Of a DNA stretch of 64,000 bases, positions 19,205 through 31,200 are shown in pieces; position 1 is the first letter of the stretch, and each line of letters begins with the position of its first letter. The translations under genes and the position numbers were made by a program. The notes beneath the pieces are model-generated. The model did not search any database, was not told the origin of the DNA, and saw only the letters and a program-made list of their open reading frames with translations. Origin of the DNA: a virus; the IMG/VR virus record IMGVR_UViG_3300022752_002570, positions 1-64,000 of that record; one strand, 5' to 3'.

Positions 19205-22200
19205 TTATAATCCTTGTAATAAATCACCATCATCTTCTGTCAATGGGGCGTTAGTTTCATCTGTAAGTTCTAAATTGCCTCCATAGTAGTAAGAACTTGG
19301 TAACTGTGCAGGACCTTTACGTAAGAATTTGGCCTGTGTGCTTGTGCTTACTAGTATAGAAGCAGTTGAAATATCCCATACTCTGCCTTTACGTTGAATA
19401 ACAGTAATTTGAGTTCCTGGAACAATTTCTTCGCTAATATTTAACAATAATGTCTGGCTTGTGTCAACTTCAATGGTATATTCAGGCGGTAAAACATCGT
19501 AACTACTAGTTGTTTCATTATTGTAATATACGCTAGAGGTTGTATCATATGCTCGTTCATTATAGTGTAACTTAAGTTCTGTTTTTCTTAATTTTCTACC
19601 ACCATAATATACATCTACTTGATCTACATATGCAGGTACATACCCATGGGTACTTGTGGTTAATAGACTAATACCACTTCCTGCATGTGTTGTAGTGTTT
19701 ATACTAAATGAACTAGTATTGGTAACTGTGCTGATATTATACAACGTTAAGTATGTAGTTGGAATATTTTGAATGTTTACTGTCTCTTCTGTATAAACAT
19801 TCTGCTTAACACTTTGATCAAATACCAACGTGCCTTCTGCAGAATACCACGGAGTTCCAGTTCCAAAGGTTCCTCTCCTTAGTTGTGTTAGTTCATTACC
19901 GTTCTTAACAAAGTATTCAATTCTTTCACCGTCTATAAAGACTACACCCGGAATATTTTTGCTAGGATTGGGACTAAACAGCATACTTCCATCTTCAACA
20001 TGAATACTGTCATCATAATAGTTTAATGGATGTGCAAGTTTTGTACTAAAGAAATTTGAAACTCTCCTGAATGACTGTCTATCAAAAATATCCTTGAATA
20101 ACCTATAGGCAATAACAGTGTTATCATAATTTGCTGGATTAACTGAAACAATCACTACCTTTGAACCAGTAGTCATCGGAACATCATTACCTATGACAAT
20201 TGTTTGTAGATCTGGCTTTACATAAAAATCGTAGCCTGCAATCAATGCCTTATCATTTGCTGTAACCCAAATATAATTTTCATTTATAACAGGCATATCT
20301 AATGTATACTCATTATTGTGCGTACGATCAAATCTTTCTGTTCTTAGTCCCATTCCGTCATGATCTGTGAAACTTGTTACCTTAATAGCACCACTAGTAA
20401 CAGCATTTTTCAAATATAAAATTCTATTAATGATAACATAATCATAATCTGTTAGATCCATAATTGCAATGACATCATTAAAAGCAACTACATTTTGTAT
20501 TATTGTAATAGTCTCTGTGGCAGCATTTACAACAAAATCGAATCCAGGACGAATCTCGTATCCATTAACATACACCTTGACATTTTGGTTGTTATATGCA
20601 GCACCAGACTTGTTATTATTAATATCAAAGGTTAATTGATTACCTGTAATTTTATAATAACTGGTATCAGGAGGTAACAATCTTGTTCTAGGTGAATAAG
20701 GATTTCCTGTAAGTTTTTCAACTATGACCTGTGTACTGATAGGTTCTAAGTTGAAAGGAACAGGATCTAATGGTATGCTTACAGTTGATGTAGAAATATT
20801 GTAATAAGTTTCTTTAATTCTATTAAAGGTATCAATACGATTTCTAAAGAACCAAGCAGTAACTTCGTTCCTTCCGGCAGCAATTTCGTTTACAGTAATC
20901 TTAGCTCGTTTGTTTACATTGCCGACTGGTTCTAAAACATAGCCAAGTCCAGTTCCTACAGAATAAGGACCTATTTGCTGATTTCCATTTAATTGTACAA
21001 AAACACTTCCCACCCCGTTAAAGGGCATATCACTTATCAATGTAGCGGTTTGTGTAGAAGTTGAATTCACATAGACATATTGGCTATCTAATCCAGTATC
21101 TGAACTTGCCGTTACATATGAATATCCAATTCTACCGCCAACTGTCTGTGCTCCAATGGTAATTCTATTACCTTCTAGAAAATAAACCTGATTGTCTAAA
21201 TCAAAAGGTAATGGATAGTTGTCTACTCTGGAAAGTGGTTTACCGTTAAAAGTTACAATTAGTCCTGCCGGTATTTCATCAGTCACCAATTGAAGAGTAG
21301 CAGTTGTTTCCTGACCTGCGATGTTATAGATTACTCCATTAAACATTATAGGACTAATTCTTTCTGGCCTTGTATACACAGTGATAGACAAACTATCTTT
21401 AGTGTCGCCGGGAACAAATTCTTCAGGTGCATAACTTCTAAATGGATTGATTAAACCGTCTGGATTAAAAGACGCATTAATTTGAGTGCTCTCAGCAGAT
21501 ACTTTAATATTTGCTTCAACTGATTCTAAAGTGTTATTGCCATCTACAATAGTTTGCACCCAGTAATCTAAACCTACCTGATCTGCGTGTCTATACAAGT
21601 ATCTTAGATAATATCTGTCAATAGCGTCGGCATAGTTTGATGCAGTAGAACCAGGAACATTTGTGGTTAGTTTATAACCATAATATTGTCCAACTGGCTT
21701 AATCCAGCCCCCTCCTTGAACAATATTATCTGTAGCAGTTGTGCCCAATGCAGATGTTTTTATACCATTGGTATACTGTCCACCGTCTAAGTTTACAGTC
21801 AATTGGTCTGGACTTAAATTATATTTCCAAAAATCTATATCTGTGTTTCCAAGAATAGTTACCGTTGCTGTTGTACGAACACTAGGATTCAGACCTGAAA
21901 TATTAACTATTGCTCGTTGAACTGTTCCTGAACTAGATGCAATATACCAAGATGGAGATCCTGAACTAAACGAAACTGTGGCTGTGGCTATCTGTGAATA
22001 AAGAGCATATGTGAAAATTTGTAAAGTCGACGTACCTGTTGAACTCTGTACTACCTTGTCAAGCACAGATGTTATGCTTGAAATAGTTGATAAAATGCTG
22101 AGAACACGGGCTGTTGCAGGTGTGCTTAACTGTGTAGTTGTTGAACTCAGTACCTGTGTTGCTGTAGTATAGAACTTATTATTTGTTGTAGTTGAAACAA

Positions 22201-25200
22201 CATATTGTCCATTATACCCTCCTGTTATAATTCCATTTATTAACACAACATCGCCTACTTTAATATCACCTCTAAATTGTTTCTTAGTTGTAAATTCAAT
22301 TAAAGATCCTATTGAGGTATCAGTAGATAACACGGTTTTTAAATCGTATACAGGACTACTAATTGTAATTACGTTAGTAGAAGAATCAATTTCAGTAACA
22401 ATAGTCTCAGGTCTAATCTTAATTGTACTGGTATTTCCGATAATAATACTTTGACCAGTTGTTATACCTGTAGTGGTATTAACAGTAATTGTAGTTGCAG
22501 TTGTATCAATGTCCTGCAATAATTTAACAGTTACCAATTCACTTACAATATCATCCCAAGGTGCAGAGTCATATGTAGTAGTTCCCCAAGGAGCAGTTTG
22601 ATCAAACATCATACCTTCATAAGTTGTTAATGGATAATCTAAACCTGATACTAGATCTGTTAGATTATCTGCTAACATTCCCGGAGTAGGACTATAATAT
22701 TGTTCAATCCTGTCTACTGCATTGAACAATTTAATATTTTTCTTGTAAATAACTTTAAATGTTTGACCTGCTAATGGCACAGATTTAAGAAGTGTTAATC
22801 TTGTAAATTCCTTAGTATATAGACCTTCATAATCTTCTTTATAGTATTCTAGTTTATAATCTGTTGCAAATACAAGTTTACCATCTATAGTTGGCGTAAT
22901 TGTAGATTTATCGGGATTTGCCAACCATGTTAATACAAAACTATTTTGTTCACCTGTGCAATCAAACTTATCTGTAACATAGGTATCGGTGATTTCTACT
23001 CCCTTGCTTATACGATCAAATCGTAAACCTATCTTATTCTTACGAATTGTATCGTTGTCCATAACGACAGATAGAGCAGCGGGAATTACTCCTGCGCCGC
23101 CACCCGTTAATTGTGCCACAGGTGCGAATACATATCCAGATCCAGGATTAGTTACAATAACCTTGTAAACTTTTCCTGCCCTTATAAATGCTTCTGCGGT
23201 TGCCCCTGTACCATAATCACCGTTTACAGTTATTAATTCAACAACAGGTCTTTGAGTATAATTTTGTCCACCATCCGCTACAAGTATTTCCTTAACATAG
23301 TAAGTATAATTGTCTGTCCAATATTTCCAAGGATAAACATTTGTTAATGTGTTTGTCAATGTAAACACTGTGGCAGAAGTAGTACTTAATATAGTAATAG
23401 GTTTGTATTCGTTCAGTGTTTGATCATACACAGTAGGCAAGTCAAAATCAGTTATGTTTCCGTCATAAAATTCTATTGTGTTGTACTTAGAATTATAATT
23501 TCTAATTTTGGTATGATAAGGCTTAATTTCTTTTATATAATCTTCAAAATATTGTTCATTATCTAACTTGTAAACTGGTCGCTGGTCTAATACTCCAAGA
23601 TCAGTAACTACATTTACAAAAGAAGTTTTGAATGCCCAATCTAACAATTTTTGTTCTGTGAGAGCGTATCTCACAGCCACAAAAAATAACAAATTCCAAT
23701 TAACTTTAAGATCGCCAACAAAAAGATCATTTTTTAAGGCTGTTAAAATGTTACGTAATTCAATAGTATTTGATTGATCATATAAATTGTCTGCAAGTCC
23801 TGCTTCATCATAATTGTCAGCGGCCTCTGCATCGTTCCATACTTTATCTAATATTTTAATAGTACCATCTTGTACATAAACTGAATTGAAATACTTTGTG
23901 AAGTTTCCGTTGTCGCTTACCTTTTCAACAATTACGTATTTTCCGTTACCATTGTTATTAATTTTTATATAAGTTCCGTCAGTGGTATCGTTATATAAGG
24001 CAATGTCACTAGGAATACCTACAACATAGGAAAATATCTTATATTGATTGTAGTTACTAGCAGACCAATCTATATAATCCCAATAATCTTCTGTTCTAAA
24101 TTTTTGTGTAGAAACCTTAAACCAGGTTTCGGATGCATTGTTATATTCGTGAACAGTCCACCTGCCTCCGTCATCTGGGTTGCTGGTTAAAATTGCAGTA
24201 AATGGTCTCACTTCTAATAACGGAGCCGTAGCATATTCAGTTCCTGCGTTTGTGATATCCACACGAATTATCTTACCAGACTCGTCTAAAACAGAAACTA
24301 GTTCTGCACTTGTATTAGTATCTTTAATGGTTACTACTGGTGCAAATATATATCCCTTACCGCTATCAATAACATTTACATTATCTATCTTTCCATTATT
24401 GACTGTACATGAAATAACTGCCTGTCTAATATTGGATGTATCTATACTGTCTAACTCTAGAATAGAATCTATGAGAATGTCATATCTCCCTTCAGACTCT
24501 GAAGGAATTTCATCTTTAAGAAGAAGTGTATCTAGTTCATACTTGCCTACTATCTGTTCTTTGCTTAATACATCATTTGAGAATACAACTATATTTCTAA
24601 GGGCTTCTACTCTGTCCTTAAATAATGTCTGCTGCGGTCTGATTCCTAAACCGTATCTATTTCTAAAAGATAAAATAGGATCAGGAACAGGATTACCAGA
24701 AGTATCTTCTCCTAGTAAACTATCAAATAATTTCTTTTCTAATAAGGCATTAGGTACGCTATTTTGATTGCCTTCATTTAACAATAACCACTCTGTGTGC
24801 CTTGGAATAGGATTGTCATAGGTAAAGGACATGTTGGCACTTATTCTATTATCAACCAATAAAGGCTGTACATTTGTAAATGCCACAGAACTAGAACTTA
24901 ATACTTGAACAAATTTAACACCATTGGCCTGCGGATCTGCGATTAGATTAGCGACTTGATAAGAACTTAATCTTCTATTCTTAACATCTGGTAATAAAAG
25001 TTTATTCTTTACCCAGAAATAATAAACATTTTCAAAACTACCTGTAACAGCATTGAATATCTGCTTAACGCTTACTACATCGTTAGCAGGATACTTTGGT
25101 TGACCACTTATACCGTTTGAGGTACCCTGATTAGTATCTGCCTGTGCAGCCCAGGCACTTGGTAAGAGATCTGAACGCACCCATTCGTAGATATCTATAG

Positions 25201-28200
25201 TAGCACCAGGAAATAATTTGCCCCAATTATTCTTCCTAAAGATATCATCGCCTTGTTCATACCAAATGTACTTTAAGGTGCTGAGATCCCACCATAGTTC
25301 ACCAACATGATCATCTAGCCAATTATTTTTATCATCAACAATATTACCTGGTCTACCTATAGAGTAGATGGCAGGATCTGAAGGTGACTTATACTTGATT
25401 TCTTGCTCCGCCAATCCAGAAATTTTGCCCTTTAAAGGATCTATAAGTTCAAGATATTCAGATACTTCCTCTTTGTAAGAATCAATAAGTGCTATTCTTT
25501 CAATACTCGAAATGTCTACTAAATCAGGCTGTTGATGCTTAACTGTCAATATTTCAGGCATATCAAAAACAAATGCCATGCTATTATCTGTTCCTGTAGA
25601 CAATTTATTAAATGGTGCACCAACATAAGAATATTTGTTTGTTGAAACTACATCAAATCCATATTTGCTACCTTCTTGTATGGCAGTATCAACTATTTCA
25701 TTTCCAGGAACAAAATAAGTTCCTAGTCTTTGATAAGCATAAACTGTTCCAGAATCTGGAATTAGATCCTTGAACTTGGTAGTTCCGCCATCGAATGTAG
25801 TGATACCAGATTTTGAATTTTCATCAAATTTAATTTCAATTGATCTATTTGTGCCTAAACCGCTAATTAATAATTTTGTTTCTGCTTTGTTTAATGATAG
25901 GCTATGCCCAAATCTTAAATCACTTCCGGCTATAGGGTTGTCTATGGTCTGTAGCAACGAGTAACGTCTATTCGTTCCTAATTGATAGACCTTAACACTT
26001 CCATAACTTGTATCAAGATTTCTATAATCCGGAGCACTAACTACAAGATATTTTCCTGTATAAGAAATAATTTGATCTTTACCAAAATTACCACTTGTAC
26101 CGTAAGGACTAAAAATAGTTTGGTTGTGATATATTCCGTTATTGATAAATCTAAATATCTGTACCAAACCTGATGAATTTTCGTCTTTGTAACCGGGAGC
26201 ACTGACTGATATATAAGTTCCTGTACTATTACCGCTTACCTTGTAACCCCATTGATCTCCAACCTTTAGTGCTACGCTAGATGTTGATAAAACATTTAGG
26301 CCTGACGCAAAAGCACCAATTTGTAATCCATTATTTTTTCTAATTCTGTAGGCAAATACATTGCCTGTTGTACCTGTACTAATATTTGTGCTTGTTGAAG
26401 AAATCACACTTGCAGTAGACCCTGTACTCATAGCAAAGGTAACTGATGTTGGATATACATAAAGTTGGTTACCAACACCCTCTGTGCCCGGAGCACTTAC
26501 AATCAATAAGGTCGATGCACTAGTCGTTGCTTCATTAATATATATTGAATGGCCAAATCTTACTTTGTTAGATGAGGTTGAGTATTGTCCTAAAGGATTT
26601 GTTAGTACAGCTTCAACTACTTCTGCATCATTATAAGGCCCTATGCTACTGATCTTTACCAATCCTTCATCATCAAAAATTCTTGTAGCACTAGTAAAAG
26701 TTCCGGCGGTAGAATATACAGTGCTAGTAGTAACACCTACTGTCATATTCCATGTGACTTCTTCCGGGCTAGCAATAAAGGCATTAGACCCTACCGCCTC
26801 TCCAGAGGATGAGGTAACTGTAGCAGAATTGCTAACAAGTATGTCTATAGAAAAAGTTACATTAGTAGGTCTAAATTCTAAACTAGATAGTCCTTTGACA
26901 TTACTTGCTCTAGGTGCTCCTATAATTAGATAATTTTTACCAACATCATAGGCCATTGCATAACCAAATTCTGTAGGCTTAGCAGGATTGCAGTATTGAA
27001 TATCGTAGGTGTTTAATGTATACTCAAACAGTTTAGTGATACTTTGATCTATCCTGTCATAGACCTTGACCCTTCCATAACTCTGAGTAGCGGTTGTATT
27101 AAAATTAGGAACCGCTACTAGGAATTTGTCAGTGTTGTCTGCTGCCCATATTGTGTATCCTAACTCCTGTGCAGAAGGACTGTCAACAGACCTTATGTAC
27201 TCAACAGGAAATTGATTGCTTTTTTCATAGACTTGCCATCTATTGTCTATCCCGCTATCAACCCATATAAGTTCACCTTCATCGAGATCGAATAACTGTT
27301 TTTTATTTCGTAGATCACTAAGTCTTGTAAATCTAGCAGATTCAAAAACAAATAAATTTCCATAGGCAAGCTGCTCTTGATTTTGAATACTGGTTAAACT
27401 TGACTGAACTGTAAACTGACTTAATTGAGGGACAGATTCAACAATATAAACTCCATTTACCTGTTCATTGAAATTTACAATAGAAACAATATCACCCACT
27501 GATAGATTGTGATGTAAATTAGTACTAAATGTAATATTAGCACCAGGAGCACTTACATATACACCTGTTACTTTGGCTTTATTTTTAGAATATCTATAAA
27601 CAGACCAATCTCCATTTTCTAAAAATCCTGTCCATATAGTCGATCTATTTTGTATCTGATTGTTCTTTGCTATATCTAGCAGACTATTTTTATTATATGC
27701 TGTAGCAGTAACATCATCTAATCTTACATAACCTGCTGTTGAAAGAATTATTCCTGTTTCATTATAGGTTCCGCCGGGACTATTTGGAGAATCTAAAAAT
27801 GTCCCTCCAGGTACAATTGTAGACTCTGGAGTGATCACTGGAAATACATTACTTGATGAATAGTCTTGTGGAGTCAATAGTAAATCATTAGGTGTTACAT
27901 AGTTTTCCAATGGACCGACATCTGTAGGAACCTGATCAGCAAACTTAACAAGATATGGATTTTCTAAAGTAGTACCTTCTGGGAGAGTAAATTCTATTTC
28001 ATCATAGTTACTGAATCCACCGTAATATCCTGTTCTAAATGCCCATTCTTCTGTAAATGTAACTTCGCCCTTATTAAGATATCTACTGGCCTTTGATAAT
28101 TTGTCAATGGCATTTTTTGTGCCTTTGTCTTTAATGAATCCTTGATAGAATTTATATTGACTGATAGGGTTTGTGAAAATATTATTGAAGTATGTTCTTG

Positions 28201-31200
28201 GGGTATAACCGATAAGATGCTGTGCCAATTTTTGTTGTCCAGCGTCAAAGTTATCAATATCTAAACTGTAAAAGTCTTCAAACTGATTTATTTTATAATC
28301 AAAGTTAGGCAATAGATCAGGTACAGGTTTTTCGTTAAGTAAAGACCATTTCTTGAAATCAAAATTAGTGCTAGGCTCAATTCTTTTGTTTGCCTGATAA
28401 TACGAACCATTATATCTTACAATGTCCCCTATGGTATAATTCTTTAGCGAACTCCAATCAGTTATAATTAGATTATCATAAACGAATCCAGGACTGTAAA
28501 AATCTCCGTTCCAGTTTTTAGTTCTAAATCCTGAAAGTTTGACCCTTCGTTGTTTATATCCTGTTTCAATATCATATATAGTATCATTAAAAACAGTAGT
28601 ATTATTAAAAACTATAGCATGTTCTTTTTGTATAAGAACTAACTTAACAAAAAATATTCCTTCTTCGGTATTTTTTGTTTGTATTCTACAGGCACTGTCT
28701 TCTCTTATTAAACTAAAATTTTCAATAGGGAATGACTTGCCGTCGGCTTTTAATAAGTTGTATGCGAACCGTCCTGTCTTAACATCATCAACTATGCTGT
28801 TATCGTAAAAATACTTGAACGCATTTGCAAAGGGACTCAGTGTAATGATATTTCCGTCAGCCCAGTTTTGTGTACACCAAAATAAAAATTCTTTAGCACT
28901 GTATTTCCAGTCTATATTTTGTTCTAAGTCTGTAGAATAATCATCAAAAATAAAACCTTCTTGCTCTAAAAATTTTCCGTAGCCGGTAATAATATCATAA
29001 ACCTCTTGTATTGTAGGAATTTCAGAACCATAAAAGTATCTAGTTGTTGTAGGGCTAAACTTTCTAGAAGTTTGAACAGTGACACCGCCTTTTAATGGCA
29101 AAGTAGTCAATGAATACCATAAAGATGAATCAAAAGTACTTCCCGGATTATGACCAACTTTAGATCTATAAAATCTATTATTGTATCTAACTATTTGACC
29201 TTCTCTATAAAATCTAGTTGTAGGCGATGCATTTGCTGTAGATGTTTCAGATGCGGTTAATTTTAAATTTTTATTTTGAGTAATACCAGACCATTCTGTA
29301 AAATCTTCACTTATTCCACCAACTGTTAGCGCAGGAGAAGTCGCTTCTTTAAAAGGTAACAGTACATCAAAATAAGGCTTTTCTAAATCATAACCCTTTA
29401 AAACAAATTTGCCATTTTGTTTCTGAATTATCATACCTGATGCAGAAGCAATTTTTACAGGATTACTTACATTGAGAAATACATTGTAATCTTCATAAGG
29501 TACAACTAGTCCCGGACTTGTTGAAACTGGATCAACTGAATCAATATTAATCTGTAGTTTTTCTTTACTGGTAAATCCACCCAGTTTGTAAAATAGGTTG
29601 TAATCTAGATTATCTAAATCTTGTCGCAAACTTTGTAGATAATTTTGATTTTTTAATTTTCCTGCTTCTATAACCATTATACTATAACCAGAACTTTGAT
29701 TATTATTTTCTCCGTCTAAAATAATTTTACGTGGATCTAAATATAAATCATCTTCTGTGTAAGTTACTTGATTTTTTATGTTTAAAGCAATCCTACTCGT
29801 ATCAAATAATGCACTTAGATAATCTGCAGGATTTAATAATAGACTTATAATATTGACAGCGTATGGCCAGTAACTACTATTCTTCCATGCTGTTTCAGAA
29901 GGTGCGCCGTCTCCGTAGATCCATCCTAATATTTTAACATTGTCTGCATTGTTTGAAACTACTGCTAGAGGTCCTACTAAATTTCCAGAACTATCAACAG
30001 GATTAATTGAAGCAAAATTAGGTCTTGCGTATCTTATATTGTATTCATCAGATTCGGTTGGATCAGAAACTTTGCCTTGAACTATAGCGTCAATTAAATC
30101 TGCTCTTTTAACATTATCTACCCACTCATAATGAGTATCCCACCAGTTAGGTTTTATTGCAAATCCCAACATCTCCCAAGGATGACTATGTGGTCTATCA
30201 GTATCAAAGAAATAATTGTAAATTCCTCTCCAATAGGACGGAACTTCCTCAGCAAATATCTTGTCAACAGACTGAGTATAATTATAGGTAAATTCATTAC
30301 CGTAATCAAATGCTGTATTAGTTTTTATATCTACATTGTTGATACCAGCCCAAAAACTAAAATCTACATTAACAATATCTTGTGAAGGTCTAAATAAACT
30401 TCTATTCCTAAATGCTCCAGGAATACCTGCTCTAACATCATAAATGTTAGGTTGGTACTGAACTTTAATATTATTGTAGATTCTTTTCTCAAATTCTAAA
30501 ATAATATCGTCTCTGTAGTCACCATAGGCAACTAACAAACTTCCATCGTGTCCTCTTATTAAATCTACATTTTGATCTATGTAAGTGTCGTCTGTAAATA
30601 TTTCTGGCTCGTACTTAGGATACAGTCCTAATTTTGTAGGAGTCGGCGGAACAAAACACCCTAAGGTGTTTGAATATACAAGTATTTCAATTTCATCATT
30701 TACAGATAAAGACAAATTAAAAGAAACTTCATCGATATTAATAAAATAATCTGTATCATAAATTAATTGATCACCATTTAAGTAAACTAATACTGATTTA
30801 AAAGATAACGCTGATAAACTAAAATCTATACCAATTGGATAATCCGTAACAGCAGGATTAGTTACAGTATAATTTTTAACAGTCTTATTATCTCCATAAC
30901 CTAGCATATCTGATCTATAATATGCAGAATTAAAATCTTTAGTTAAATTAATTTCTTTTAAAATTTGATCAACAGCCTCAGCATGTGTTATGTCAGCACT
31001 AACAAAAAGTAGTTTTCTTAAAAAGTTGTCTTTAAATTGTAGATAACTATTTCCCACTTTTCTTAATGCATCAACTACATTATGTTCTGATTTTCCTAAG
31101 AAAATAGATGCAAACGACAATGGGTTACTGTTAACAATAATACGTGTACCATATTTTGTATAACCTACAACATCTCTCAAATTAGTGCCATCATAGTTAA

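Noticed and set aside
24180-24767. 195-aa plus-strand ORF and other antisense ORFs (e.g. 57576-58136, 52733-53191, 59829-60215)
   Set aside because: They lie fully inside or opposite well-supported genes, show no recognisable motifs, and are explained by codon bias of the sense gene.
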